64,000 nt of DNA from a virus (IMGVR_UViG_3300032235_000808:16717-80716), one strand, 5' to 3'; counted from the stretch's first letter, positions 11,801-21,851 are shown. Notes: a model not told the origin generated them from the sequence alone. Made by a program: numbers and translations.

Positions 11801-12908
11801 AACCCGATACGGTATTTCCTACTATTGCTCCATTTACTTTTAATGACGCATTTGAACCGGTAATTTCAACACCACCATTTCCAGGTTGAATTATTATTCC
11901 ACCATCAGGTGATTGTATATATGTTTTACCTAAATTATCTCCAATTATATTAAATTTGGTTGCTTCACTTGCCAAAGATATACTACCAGTGAATTGGTGT
12001 GTGTCGTCATTTGAGTTACCAAATTTAGTGGAACCAGATTGAAATAAAACAGACGATGTAACATAATCTGTATGTATTTCTTTTGCGGTGATTGTTCCAT
12101 CAATATAAACATCGGTGTTTACTCTAAATCCATTGGCTTGAGATATTGATGCACTAACATTACCATCATAAATTTTATTTAAGTTAGTTATACCTGATAT
12201 TGGTATGTTAGTTAATCCACTACCATCACCACTAAATAAACCGGTTAACGAACCTGTAAAAGAACCCGTAAAAGAACCTGTCGAGTATGATGATGTAAAT
12301 GAATTAAAATTACTTCTTATACTACCACTTTCAGTTTCTAAAAACCCTAATCTACTAGCAATTGATGATGAAACTAATGTTAAATTTGTTACACCTTCTA
12401 TTGGTATATTTGTTAAAGCGATACCATCACCATTAAATGAACCAGTAAAGGAACCTGTAAATGACCCGGTGGTATATGATGATGTGAATGAATTAAAATT
12501 ACTTCTTATACTACCACTTTCATCTTCTAACGCATCTAATTGTAAGCTAATTGAGCTAGAAAAAAATGGTAATTCTGTAACACCACTAAGTGGTATGTTA
12601 TATAAGCCCGAACCATCACCTTTATATGAACCAGTAAATGATGCAGATTCAAAGTTTGACTGATATGAAGCAGAAAGTTCTAAAAAACTTGAGGATAATA
12701 AATCAATACTTGATGTTAAATTATCATAACCCGTGGTGCCTGTGATAAGAACTTGGGCAGACCCTGAAAATAAACCACCACTATCAAATAGACTTGATGA
12801 ACTAATTGTTTCCCACAATTTTGTATCTCCATCAAAAATTGGTAGATAACCATTTAATGGTGAATTTAAATTAATCTCTACAGGTTTTCTACTTACTAAT
12901 CTTCCCAT
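8808..12908 (-). CDS. Long tail fibre protein with TGS/SGS repeats
   Basis: 1366 aa Ser/Thr/Gly-rich; recurring ITGSL.VSGS and SGSTKFG..DDTHQFTGS; several internal duplications. Confidence 0.75.
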   Translation of the reverse strand: MGRLVSRKPVEINLNSPLNGYLPIFDGDTKLWETISSSSLFDSGGLFSGSAQVLITGTTGYDNLTSSIDLLSSSFLELSASYQSNFESASFTGSYKGDGSGLYNIPLSGVTELPFFSSSISLQLDALEDESGSIRSNFNSFTSSYTTGSFTGSFTGSFNGDGIALTNIPIEGVTNLTLVSSSIASRLGFLETESGSIRSNFNSFTSSYSTGSFTGSFTGSLTGLFSGDGSGLTNIPISGITNLNKIYDGNVSASISQANGFRVNTDVYIDGTITAKEIHTDYVTSSVLFQSGSTKFGNSNDDTHQFTGSISLASEATKFNIIGDNLGKTYIQSPDGGIIIQPGNGGVEITGSNASLKVNGAIVGNTVSGSFTGNGAGLYNIPISGVTGLNTARIADGNATASISNTEGLRINTNTEITGTLKVTGEATIVGDLTVSGTAYYNYVTASTLLVNDNWITVTTTSSLGRFGGIKVLDYEGVNETASLAWDTLEDRWVEVVPNHDTYSSSLFIMGPRNTGSLGQEYGLTTNSIPKADDEHHIIDSNISDDGTTVSINSNTQITGSLIVSSGSATFDATLALTENSSLILNSGSNLYVYDGGIISGTFKGNGALLTDLTYATTGSNTFYGSQTVSGSVIITQDLTVLGSSSIVYVTSSQLDISTNIIKLNASNPGVRYGGLAVVDSGSNPQVSGSFLFDSQKDEFIFIHQSQGIVTSSVFLLGPETYGDLGNETYLTQNRIPKGTGIEHLIDSNITDNGTNVSINSNTEITGSFLTTGTIVSQTTPLVSGSSQIQITGTTGYSTFSSSLSSSIGELSSSVASINLAQNNRLNSIEGVTGSYATTGSNHFKQSQVITGSLIVTGTIVSETTPLVSGSSQIEITGTTGYSTFSSSLSSSIGELSSSVASTNLAQNNRLDSIEGVTSSLNTFSSSIDTTIKNKLNSDGVVSGSSQVIYSGLTGIPSDIVSGSSQISNLGFAITGSNVFNGNQTVTGSLNVSGSSSLTGSLNVIGSGTITGDLTVQGNLIAQQFIVSSSVTYLTTSFSSGSTKFGDTIDDTHQFTGSVNISGSQTLIGNLNVTIGGSTELQVNQTGVTIGNISTDTHKITGSLNISGSQTLNGILGVSIGGSTELQVNQTGVTIGNISTDIHKVTGSLNISGSEAITGSLFVSSSGVAASLIGSGSGVFTVDGTSGRLFQIDDSLSGSLFSVNTAAGLPLMEGFSDNTVRIGQFGQKALFVSQSMVGFGTETPIYKADISGSLRVTNQIILSSSQLVNQNIASLASGTQTISTNATSSFTSVFYNYTLASGSNARAGQLIAVWNGNSITYTENSTTDIGTTDNVALTASLSTGNVVLSTVLPTTGWTIKSFVNLL

Positions 12909-12910
12909 TT

Positions 12911-13264
12911 TTAGTTATTTGCGTTTTCAAGCACGGATAATACTACATCTAATACTCCAGATTCGTTGGTTGTCATTACTAATTTATCATTTCTTTCCAA
13001 TACAAGTTTACCACCAAAAGGATTTAACGATTCTTCAGTTGGTATTGCACCATTATTAAGTAATGTAATTGTGGTGCCCGTATATCCACTTTTTATTATC
13101 CCAACACTAACTCTTTTAGTGGTGGCAGACATATTTGTAACCTGTGCAGATAAAACAATTGTTGAAATGTCCAAATCTTCTTGGTATATGTCATTACTAC
13201 CACTTGTTAATGTTGTGGTAATTAATCGGAATTTATTTAAAGGTAATGAACTAGTAACTGCCAT
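12911..13264 (-). CDS. Small virion structural protein
   Basis: 117 aa, beta-rich, IVLSAQVTN...GKLVLERND; lies between fibre genes. Confidence 0.65.
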   Translation of the reverse strand: MAVTSSLPLNKFRLITTTLTSGSNDIYQEDLDISTIVLSAQVTNMSATTKRVSVGIIKSGYTGTTITLLNNGAIPTEESLNPFGGKLVLERNDKLVMTTNESGVLDVVLSVLENANN

Positions 13265-13290
13265 ATTTTTATTTATTTAAAATTTTTATT

Positions 13291-15462
13291 TTAGGTCTCA
13301 AGTGCTAAATTTATTGGTGTTATTTGTGCAGAAATTGCTTTATTAAACGTTCTACCTTCAATCGTACCCGTTTGTTGTCTAATAACAAAGTCGTTACCTT
13401 GATATTGGTCACCCGTTTCATCACCACCTGTGTAATAAACACGACCACCACTCTCTTGGAATACTCTGATTGTTAAATTAGTTTCTCCAACACCACCTTG
13501 GTTAATTGGTAGTCCTAAAAAGTTAACACCTGAACCCGCATATGAGAAATCATGTGACGTTGATGTAATTAGTGAACCAAATTCGACTAACAAATCTCCA
13601 CCGGCCTCGTCAATAATTACTCTCTGTATGGTATCTTCAACAACATCTAATAATTGACTCACTTTGGTAATTGTCGAAGCACTTATTGAACCAAATAAAT
13701 TATCGGGGTCATCTACAAAATATTCTCTAATGTATTGGTATGCCCTAACAAAGTCATCCGCAATACCCGTATTTCCAGTTGTAATTGGGAAAGAAACGAC
13801 AGCACCCTGTGTAAAACCACTCTGAACAGGTAATGTTTGCGTCTGACCCGTTGTTGTGTCTTGACCAACAAAGAATCCCGACGCTATTTGTGAAACACGT
13901 GCAACTACGGGTGATAATAAATCATCACAGATGGCATCGATTAACAATCCTGAATCCTTAATTGTTGACGCATATATTGTGGAACCGGTATTACTATACG
14001 ATGCCGCATATGTACCATATAATGCCAATTGTGAAATCATATATGTTTGAATATCGGTTTTCTTTGTTGCAATGTATGCCGAAGCAACTGAATCAACGGT
14101 GGTACCCGTAACTAATGTAATATCCGGTTTTACTAATATTCTTAACCCTTTTGAACGTAAACCATAATCACCAAATGTTGTATTTGAGTTTAACAATGAA
14201 GCGTGTCCACCATCAATACAATAAACACCGACTCTACTAAAGTTAGTAAAGAATGATACCATTTGACCGTATCCTCGACCTCTGGCACACATACCAATAC
14301 CATTAAAAGCAACCTGAGTATATGAATCCACAATCATTGATTTAAGTGGACTGTATGGGTCTAAAACGGAGTCATCTATTAACATTCCACCCGGTCCATT
14401 ACCCACCAACGGATTTGCGTTATCAAAATCTAATGGAGTGTAGAACTTATTGAATGGTGTGTTAATTGCTGAACAGTTTTGTACATATGGTGATGTTGAA
14501 ATGTATGCACCCGGTGCAAATGCGAAGAAGAAACCACTTCTTGGGTCTTCTAAATCATCAATTTCACAACCTTCCAATCTTAATCCTTGTGCGTAACAAC
14601 CATTATTCATTAAAAATAGATTATTACCTTTTGTTCCATTAGTAGGTCGTACAACTACAGACCTTAAATCATCACCTAAAAGTGAAACATTACTTACTAA
14701 TGTAATTGGTGCCTCTTCAACATAGTATCCACTTTTAACACGGATACTTGTTCTATAAGGATAAGGATTTGGTGGATTTAATGCGAGTGATGCAGACGCC
14801 GCTTGTGCCGCCACTTTAATTGTTCTAAATGGTGTCGATAATGTTTTTCCATCATTTGAATCACTACCATCTTCACTAACATAAAATACTTTTTCAGTAT
14901 AACCTACGTTAGTTAAATTACTTCCATCACCATAAATTGAACCTGATACCTTTAACGAACCCGTAATTTCTGTTTTAGTGTTTATTCTTAAACCTTCGGT
15001 ATTTGAAATGGAGGCCGTTGCATTACCATCGGCAATTCTTGTTGTATTTAATCCGGTAACTCCACTTATTGGTATATTAATTAATTGACTACCGTCACCT
15101 CTAAATGAACCACTAATGTATCCAGTATCTTGTACATGTAGATTACTACCACTTGTTAATATTAAATCACTATTTTGTGCAATTAAACCAGTATCAATAT
15201 AACCAATTCCATCGGTAACTATCAATGAACCTGTTATTCTTTGAGTACCTTCTAATCTAATACTACCACTAAGATTAATAGAACCTGTATTCGATGCGTT
15301 GGTAATAACTAGTTCTTCAATCGATGTTCCTAATGAACCCGATTTTGCCATGAACGCCTTACCGTCAGTTGTGTTTAATGCTAATTCACCTAATTCAAGA
15401 TTTGAATTTGTTGGTTTTTGACCTGATACACTACTCCTACGCAGTCTAATGATTTGTGCCAT
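13291..15462 (-). CDS. Tail spike/fibre with probable pectin-lyase-like beta-helix
   Basis: N-terminal MAQIIRLRRS...LELGELALNTTDGK fibre anchor; FYVSEDGSDSNDGKTLSTPFRTI; IRVKSGYYVE; LLGDDLRSVVV. Confidence 0.7.
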   Translation of the reverse strand: MAQIIRLRRSSVSGQKPTNSNLELGELALNTTDGKAFMAKSGSLGTSIEELVITNASNTGSINLSGSIRLEGTQRITGSLIVTDGIGYIDTGLIAQNSDLILTSGSNLHVQDTGYISGSFRGDGSQLINIPISGVTGLNTTRIADGNATASISNTEGLRINTKTEITGSLKVSGSIYGDGSNLTNVGYTEKVFYVSEDGSDSNDGKTLSTPFRTIKVAAQAASASLALNPPNPYPYRTSIRVKSGYYVEEAPITLVSNVSLLGDDLRSVVVRPTNGTKGNNLFLMNNGCYAQGLRLEGCEIDDLEDPRSGFFFAFAPGAYISTSPYVQNCSAINTPFNKFYTPLDFDNANPLVGNGPGGMLIDDSVLDPYSPLKSMIVDSYTQVAFNGIGMCARGRGYGQMVSFFTNFSRVGVYCIDGGHASLLNSNTTFGDYGLRSKGLRILVKPDITLVTGTTVDSVASAYIATKKTDIQTYMISQLALYGTYAASYSNTGSTIYASTIKDSGLLIDAICDDLLSPVVARVSQIASGFFVGQDTTTGQTQTLPVQSGFTQGAVVSFPITTGNTGIADDFVRAYQYIREYFVDDPDNLFGSISASTITKVSQLLDVVEDTIQRVIIDEAGGDLLVEFGSLITSTSHDFSYAGSGVNFLGLPINQGGVGETNLTIRVFQESGGRVYYTGGDETGDQYQGNDFVIRQQTGTIEGRTFNKAISAQITPINLALET

Positions 15463-15528
15463 ATATATGGTTCTATTTTATATAAAATCTTGTGATATAT
15501 ATCACATTTAATTTGACCTATATAGGTC
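15459..15528 (-). promoter_or_regulatory. Array of four perfect TATATA-centred palindromes in the spike gene leader
   Basis: CCATATATATGG 15459-70, ATTTTATATAAAAT 15475-88, TGTGATATATATCACA 15491-506, GACCTATATAGGTC 15515-28. Confidence 0.75.
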
Positions 15529-15579
15529 TCTATATAAATACACAAAATTTCTATTTAAATAAATAAAATGTGAAAAAAA

Positions 15580-17790
15580 TTATAAACCGTATGTGGTTTT
15601 AATGGCATTGAAATTTGTGGTAATCTCAGCACTCGATAATGCTCTATTATATACTCTCATTTGGTAAAACACAGGTTGGTTTGCGGTAACTGAACTATTT
15701 AATCTATCGGCAGGTCCAGTTCCCGTATTTACGTGTCTTGCACCAAAGTAAAAATCACCAGTTGCATATCCACCAGCTGGGTTACTAAGTGTTGCCGTTG
15801 AACCGAATTGTGTGCCGTTTAAATATAGAAGTTTACTTGTATTATCAATTACGAAGACCCAATGTCTAATTACATTACTAGCAGTTATTGTTGCATTTGT
15901 TACATTTGCTGTAGGAGAACCCCATGTTATTGTTGTGGAATTTGCCATATATGCAAAATACCCCCTACTAAAACTATAAGCCTCATTACCCCAAATACTA
16001 GCCCAATGTGAATTCGGGTTAAAAGATGCAACAATTTCAATTGTTGAGGTTGCTCCCGTAATATTATATGGAATACTAATATATCCCGTACCTGTAGAAT
16101 CGGTATTATTTAATTTAATACCACCACCATTATTTGAAACATATGATGTTGTACCATTTAATGTTGCATTAAAACCATTACCCGAAGTATCACTCCAAAC
16201 TGTACCCGAACTAGGTGCCGAAGCTAAATTCATAATCAAACCATTCGTCACAATTGCATTTGAACCTGAACTTGGTGTTACTGTTGGTGTAATTGTTGAT
16301 GTTGGTGTAATGGTTGGTGTTATAGTGTTAGTCGGAGTTGGGGTAGGTGTGACAGGTGTTGGTGTGTTTGTTGGGGTCATACTAGGTGATGGTGGTGGTC
16401 CCAATAAACTAACCTTAATGTAACCACTACCAGTATTATATGTATTTAAATTTTCAACAGTATACCCTTCAAATGTTGTTAATGAATTATAGTTACCATC
16501 TGATGTTCCAATATATGAAATACTTCCACTAATATAGGAACCTCCTCCTCCACCACCATCGGATTGTGTTCCACCATTAGAGAAACCAGTACCACCGCCT
16601 GAATATCCACCACCCGCACCTGCGGAAATGATACCATTACCACCTCCACCACCACCGAATCCACCTCGGCTTGATGCGTATGAAGATGGGTCACTCCAAG
16701 AATTGTTTGTACCTCCACCTTTAGAACCGCTAATAAATGAATAACCACCTTCTCCATAGTTTGCAACATAACCAAATGGTTTTGTTAAAGTACCATTACC
16801 ATTCATACCGTGACCATAGAAACCCGCACCCGCACCTCCATCATATGTGTTAGAACCACTATGTGATGTTCCACCATTACCATTTATCCCACCTAAAGAG
16901 CCTCTTCTTGATGTTCCTCCAGTATTTGTTGTTACACCATCTTTACCATAATACGGTCCACCGGCAAATGATGTATAATGACCTGTACCTCCACCACCAC
17001 CTGCAACTATTAACGGTGTTTGTTGTGAACCTGAGATAGCCACGAATGTACCTCCACCACCACCTAAACCTTGGTAACTACCTGATTGATATATATTAAC
17101 ACCACTTGCGTCATAATATTGACCCGCAACCATTGTTAATTTTTGACCTTGTGTAAGTTGGTATCTTGCTTTAACTACGGCACCTCTACCATATGTTTGT
17201 GTTGAACCGACAGCTCTTGCTGCTCTTGAACCTGCAACTTCAAATTCATATGTTGCCGTCTGTGGTACGGTCCAAACTTGATATCCTTGGAACGCTCCTG
17301 TTGTAAATAATGATGTATCTGTTGCCCAAGATGCTGACCCACTATATGCACCAACTAATGATGAATATGTTGGACCCACATCACCTGTTGTATTTGCAGT
17401 TGTAAATGTAAAACCTGTAAAATAATATAATGAACTTTCAATAATCGGTGACGTGGTTACTGTAGGTGTTACAGTTGGGGTGACCGTACTTGAAGGTGTA
17501 TATGTTTGAGTTGATGTTATGGTAGGTGTTACCGTTGCGGTTGGTGTAACACTATTTGTTGGTGTAATTGTGTTAGTAGGTGTAACTGTATTTGTTGGTG
17601 TAATAGTTGTTGTTGGTGTTACTGAATTAGTTGGCGTAATTGTGTTAGTTGGTGTAATAGTTGGAGTGACTGTTTTAGTTGGTGTTGGGGTATTTGTTAA
17701 ATTTTGTGTTGGGGTCGGTGTAGGTGTTGATGGCGGTACAAACGCATCAAGACTACCAACTACAAACCCATTTTTAAAAATTATACCCAT
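15580..17790 (-). CDS. Virion adhesin: Thr-Pro repeats, glycine-rich domain, LamG domain
   Basis: TPTNTI repeats; WTVPQTATYEFEVAG...PLIVAGGGGG glycine-rich (ALK/LTK-like) domain; C-terminal YNRALSSAEI. Confidence 0.75.
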   Translation of the reverse strand: MGIIFKNGFVVGSLDAFVPPSTPTPTPTQNLTNTPTPTKTVTPTITPTNTITPTNSVTPTTTITPTNTVTPTNTITPTNSVTPTATVTPTITSTQTYTPSSTVTPTVTPTVTTSPIIESSLYYFTGFTFTTANTTGDVGPTYSSLVGAYSGSASWATDTSLFTTGAFQGYQVWTVPQTATYEFEVAGSRAARAVGSTQTYGRGAVVKARYQLTQGQKLTMVAGQYYDASGVNIYQSGSYQGLGGGGGTFVAISGSQQTPLIVAGGGGGTGHYTSFAGGPYYGKDGVTTNTGGTSRRGSLGGINGNGGTSHSGSNTYDGGAGAGFYGHGMNGNGTLTKPFGYVANYGEGGYSFISGSKGGGTNNSWSDPSSYASSRGGFGGGGGGNGIISAGAGGGYSGGGTGFSNGGTQSDGGGGGGSYISGSISYIGTSDGNYNSLTTFEGYTVENLNTYNTGSGYIKVSLLGPPPSPSMTPTNTPTPVTPTPTPTNTITPTITPTSTITPTVTPSSGSNAIVTNGLIMNLASAPSSGTVWSDTSGNGFNATLNGTTSYVSNNGGGIKLNNTDSTGTGYISIPYNITGATSTIEIVASFNPNSHWASIWGNEAYSFSRGYFAYMANSTTITWGSPTANVTNATITASNVIRHWVFVIDNTSKLLYLNGTQFGSTATLSNPAGGYATGDFYFGARHVNTGTGPADRLNSSVTANQPVFYQMRVYNRALSSAEITTNFNAIKTTYGL

Positions 17791-17842
17791 TATGTTTATA
17801 AATAGAGAATTTTTTAATTTAAGTAAATTAAAAATTGAACCA

Positions 17843-18763
17843 TTATGCTATTTGAGTAACTGTTACAATTACCGATGGTGTTGCGGGTCTCGATGGAGTT
17901 GATTGTACATCTTTATATTGTAATTGCCCCTGTGCCGTTGTTTTTGACCAATACAATTCTACATAACTTCCAGATGATATTGAAGTTAAGAAGTTTAATG
18001 CTGCCACTTGAAATCCCCCACCACTTACCTTTTCAATAGAGAAATCGGTATTTGAATTAGCAATAGCCGAACCGGTCATAGCAAACCAAACAGAAAAATC
18101 ACACGACTGATTTGCGGTTGTATGCAATTGTGTTGAAAATTGAATGTTATATAATCCCGTATTTTCTACATAAATTCTAGTTGGAACTCCACTACCATTA
18201 TTTCCAACGTACATACCAGATAAATCAGGACTTGGTACTTCCAATTTCATAGGATATGCCGTATCTGCCGAACCACTTTGTGTTTGTAATGAATACCATT
18301 GTCCGTAGTTGAATAATTTATTTCCCCATCGGGTAAATGATGAACCACTAACTACATCAATATCACCATATACATTTAATGAACCCGTTATCCACTGTGA
18401 ACCTGTTAAGTATTGTGAACCTGTTACAATGAATATTGAATTATGGAAATTAGAACTACCACTCACTTCAATACTACCGCTAATTACGGTATTACCCACA
18501 ATTGTATTGGTTCCAGTCATAAGAGTATTACCTACAATTGTGTTACTACCACTCAAATTATGAGTACCTTTAAATGTTGTTGAACCACTTACATTAAATG
18601 AACCGGTTACTACTTGATTACCATGGAACGTGTTGTTACCATCTAATAATGTCTCTTTAGTTACAATATGTGTAGTTGTGTTACTTACATTATTCATTAC
18701 AATGTGAACACCGCTAGTGTCACCTGTGTATAATGGTAATTGGTCTATTTTTCTATTTGACAT
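17843..18763 (-). CDS. Fibre protein with C-terminal C1q/BclA-like beta-sandwich
   Basis: TGS repeats followed by RIYVENTGLYNIQFSTQL...YVELYW. Confidence 0.6.
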   Translation of the reverse strand: MSNRKIDQLPLYTGDTSGVHIVMNNVSNTTTHIVTKETLLDGNNTFHGNQVVTGSFNVSGSTTFKGTHNLSGSNTIVGNTLMTGTNTIVGNTVISGSIEVSGSSNFHNSIFIVTGSQYLTGSQWITGSLNVYGDIDVVSGSSFTRWGNKLFNYGQWYSLQTQSGSADTAYPMKLEVPSPDLSGMYVGNNGSGVPTRIYVENTGLYNIQFSTQLHTTANQSCDFSVWFAMTGSAIANSNTDFSIEKVSGGGFQVAALNFLTSISSGSYVELYWSKTTAQGQLQYKDVQSTPSRPATPSVIVTVTQIA

Positions 18764-18885
18764 TATTCGTTAGGTTGTAATTGTTCATCATCTTGACTTG
18801 TTACTATAACATTATCTTCGGTTAATAGTAATCCATTAACTTCTGTTATTGTTAAAATAAATCCTTCTGTCATTATTATTGCCAT
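18763..18885 (-). CDS. 40-aa small protein (not in ORF track)
   Basis: MAIIMTEGFILTITEVNGLLLTEDNVIVTSQDDEQLQPNE; TATTTAT motif just upstream; stop overlaps next ATG. Confidence 0.6.
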   Translation of the reverse strand: MAIIMTEGFILTITEVNGLLLTEDNVIVTSQDDEQLQPNE

Positions 18886-18920
18886 AACAATAAATACCTT
18901 AGAAAATAGAATTAGTAAAT

Positions 18921-18950
18921 AAAAAAGGAAGGATTTGAATCCTTCCTTTT
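18921..18950. terminator. Intrinsic terminator (bidirectional form)
   Basis: AAAAAAGGAAGGATT-TG-AATCCTTCCTTTT. Confidence 0.85.
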
Positions 18951-18974
18951 AATTAATTACTATTATACTTTAAA

Positions 18975-20642
18975 TTACACATAAGAACCCCCGTCAATCA
19001 CTGTCGAGAATACTAAAGCACCATTTGAATTCTTATAACCTAAAATTCCATCCATAACATCTGTTGTTGATGTTGTTGAAACATATCCTAAAATGTTAGA
19101 TGAATTTCTAAATACAATTGCAGATGAACTTAATGCATTATCAGTACCACCTGAATACGATAATGTTAAATTACCTGTTATTGTAGTATCACCTGTTCCT
19201 GAGTTAACACTAAATTTGTTAGTATTAAGTACCAACGTTGTACCTGAATAAGTTAATAAACTATTACCAATAGTGCCATTTGATGTAGCGATAGGGAATG
19301 TTCCGTCTGTTAAACTTGATTCAGAACCCATTGAACCAGTTGTTACACTAACAATTTTACCTGTGTTTCCGTTACTATATTGAACCAACCAATAATCATT
19401 TGTTGCATCCCATAAGAATGAACCTGATAATCCTGCTGAACCTGAATCATATGCCGATAAACCAGCATATCTATCAAATGGTGTATATGCATTAACTTGA
19501 ATAATATTATCACCAATATTAACTGTATTAGATTCTAAATTAACATTGGTTGCAGTCCCAAAAACTTCTAAATTACCTGATACATATAAATTACCGTTTA
19601 CACTTGTATTATTATCCAAATAAATTCCATTTGTACTATCAATTGTAATCGTTTGTAAATTATCGTCTATTTTTAAATAATTTGTGTCGTCACCAAAGAA
19701 ATTATATGTTGCATTACCTTTGATGTGAATATCAGAAGGTCCTCCCGTATTATAAATTCTAAAATCTCTACTATCGTTTAAATCTGGTTTCAAGTATAAT
19801 GAACCTGTACCTTGAATATTTGTTACTTCAAGTGCACCTGATAAATTTAAATTACCATTATCAAATGTTAATCCACTGTAATTTGTTAATAAACCATTAG
19901 CACCCGCAACAACTAATCTTTTTTCGGTTAAATCTTCTACATACACAGAACCCGATAATATGGTCGTACCACTTACAATTAAATCCCCCGGTAATGAGAT
20001 TGAATTAATAGCAATACTTTCCAAATTAATGTTTTCAATATACGCAGTTCCACTAACATACAAATCATTCCATGCATTATCGGCACTACCTAAATCGAAA
20101 GTATTATTTAACGCCGGAATCAATGATGAACTAATTTCACCATTAATGTTAACAGTATCACCCGTTAAGTTATCACCGATATTGATATTACCTCTTAAAG
20201 TAACATCACCTGTTAATGTGATAGAACCTGTTTGGTAAGTGTTACCGGTCATGTTTAAATCACCATCTAAACCTAAAGTTCCTGTTAATTTATTAATTGT
20301 AAGTCCTGAAATTGTATTTCCTTCAATATTACCTGTTAAATCGATATCACTATTACCATCCTTACTTAAGATGTATAATGTTTTGTTACCTGTAGCGTAA
20401 AAAGGTGTTCCGTCAATTACAGAACCGTAAGAACCAACTGAAATTGTTGGTGCGGTTGAACCTTGAAAAATTTTAGAAACTGGTCTATACGCACCAGCAA
20501 CACCTTCAGATTCACCAATGAACACCATTGGTCCGTTTAGGTCGTTGATGGAACCGGTAGCCATTACAAATTCACCAACCCTTGCGGTAACGTCTTTTAG
20601 AGTACCAATTCCACCTCTTCTGTGTTTAATTATTTGTGCCAT
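18975..20642 (-). CDS. Tail fibre protein
   Basis: MAQIIKHRRG N-terminus related to 13291-15462; GDNIIQVNA..YAGL..YDSGS..GSFLWD module; ends IDGGSY. Confidence 0.7.
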   Translation of the reverse strand: MAQIIKHRRGGIGTLKDVTARVGEFVMATGSINDLNGPMVFIGESEGVAGAYRPVSKIFQGSTAPTISVGSYGSVIDGTPFYATGNKTLYILSKDGNSDIDLTGNIEGNTISGLTINKLTGTLGLDGDLNMTGNTYQTGSITLTGDVTLRGNINIGDNLTGDTVNINGEISSSLIPALNNTFDLGSADNAWNDLYVSGTAYIENINLESIAINSISLPGDLIVSGTTILSGSVYVEDLTEKRLVVAGANGLLTNYSGLTFDNGNLNLSGALEVTNIQGTGSLYLKPDLNDSRDFRIYNTGGPSDIHIKGNATYNFFGDDTNYLKIDDNLQTITIDSTNGIYLDNNTSVNGNLYVSGNLEVFGTATNVNLESNTVNIGDNIIQVNAYTPFDRYAGLSAYDSGSAGLSGSFLWDATNDYWLVQYSNGNTGKIVSVTTGSMGSESSLTDGTFPIATSNGTIGNSLLTYSGTTLVLNTNKFSVNSGTGDTTITGNLTLSYSGGTDNALSSSAIVFRNSSNILGYVSTTSTTDVMDGILGYKNSNGALVFSTVIDGGSYV

Positions 20643-20683
20643 TCTTTGTTGTTTGTTTTATATTATAAATACTTTATTTTTGT

Positions 20684-21499
20684 TTAGAAAAACCCATCCC
20701 CACAGTCAATTATATTCACATTTGTTTTATGTTCTGCCAATATTATATTTTGCATTTTAATCGATGCCGATACTATCTGTGCATTTATTTGGTTTTCAAC
20801 TATACTCATAGCTCCTGAAACTACTAATGATTCCATATTAGGGTTTAAAGTTTGAACCAATGTGGTCATACCCTCAACTCTTAAATTACCTTTAATAGTT
20901 ACCGAACCACTAAGTAACATTGAACCAGTGTCAGTGGTGTTAATGATAACATTTGTACCGTCATCATAAATTCTTGAATCGACTAAAATACCACTACCTG
21001 AAGATTTTTGTATGTAATTTAAATTACCACTACCAGTTTTTTGTAAAACAATTTTTTGTTCAGAACCCGCAGGACCTGCTTTCCAATAATCACCGGTAGA
21101 ATCCCACAATAAAGAACCTGAAATGGTATTTGGCGCAGTTGGGTCTCTTACAATTAGACCACCATTCATTTGACCATTACCGTTTAATTCGATAATGTTG
21201 TCACCTAACTGTATTGTATTTGAATTTATTGAGGTGGTGGTTCCTAAAACTAATAAATTACCCTTTACTGTTAAATTGGACCCTGTGGTTTGAATTGCCT
21301 CTTTTATAGATGCGGAAAATAAATTTAATTCCTCCGTACCCTGAGTGTTTAAGAAATTTGAGAGATTTAAACCAGATACAAATACCTCATCAAAATAACC
21401 ATTTCTTAGAGCTCCACTAGGTGAACCCAAATTTATAATCGAACCTGATGGTACTTCGGCTGTATTAATTTGCAGCCAATTTATCTGTTGTAATGCCAT
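20684..21499 (-). CDS. Tail fibre-related protein
   Basis: LTVKGNLLVLGTTT...GDNIIELN...SGSLLWD module shared with neighbouring fibres. Confidence 0.65.
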   Translation of the reverse strand: MALQQINWLQINTAEVPSGSIINLGSPSGALRNGYFDEVFVSGLNLSNFLNTQGTEELNLFSASIKEAIQTTGSNLTVKGNLLVLGTTTSINSNTIQLGDNIIELNGNGQMNGGLIVRDPTAPNTISGSLLWDSTGDYWKAGPAGSEQKIVLQKTGSGNLNYIQKSSGSGILVDSRIYDDGTNVIINTTDTGSMLLSGSVTIKGNLRVEGMTTLVQTLNPNMESLVVSGAMSIVENQINAQIVSASIKMQNIILAEHKTNVNIIDCGDGFF

Positions 21500-21548
21500 T
21501 AAAAAGTAAAGTCTTTTACATAAATACTTTTATCTTATTTATTGGCAT

Positions 21549-21578
21549 AAAAAAAGGGATAATTTTTATATCCCTTTT
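21549..21578. terminator. Intrinsic terminator after redox genes
   Basis: AAAAAAAGGGATA-ATTTTTA-TATCCCTTTT. Confidence 0.75.
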
Positions 21579-21581
21579 AAA

Positions 21582-21851
21582 TTAAACGTATTTTTTAATA
21601 ATTTCTATACACTCTTCTTTACTATTGAAGTCCCTTTCAGGTACAAAGACCGGTCCTTCGTCTGAACCATTTATTGAAATATATACTGTTGGTAGTGAAT
21701 TATGACCTGTTTGGTTTATAACTTGGTTCCAAATTTCCTCATTATCATCAACAACAATTTCAGTATAATCAATTTCTAATTCAATTAAACTTTTTTTAAG
21801 TTCAACACAATGGCCACAACCATTTAATGTGAAAATAATAATATCGTTCAT
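21582..21851 (-). CDS. Glutaredoxin-like protein
   Basis: CGHC active site, TGHNSLPTVYI cis-Pro motif. Confidence 0.85.
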   Translation of the reverse strand: MNDIIIFTLNGCGHCVELKKSLIELEIDYTEIVVDDNEEIWNQVINQTGHNSLPTVYISINGSDEGPVFVPERDFNSKEECIEIIKKYV

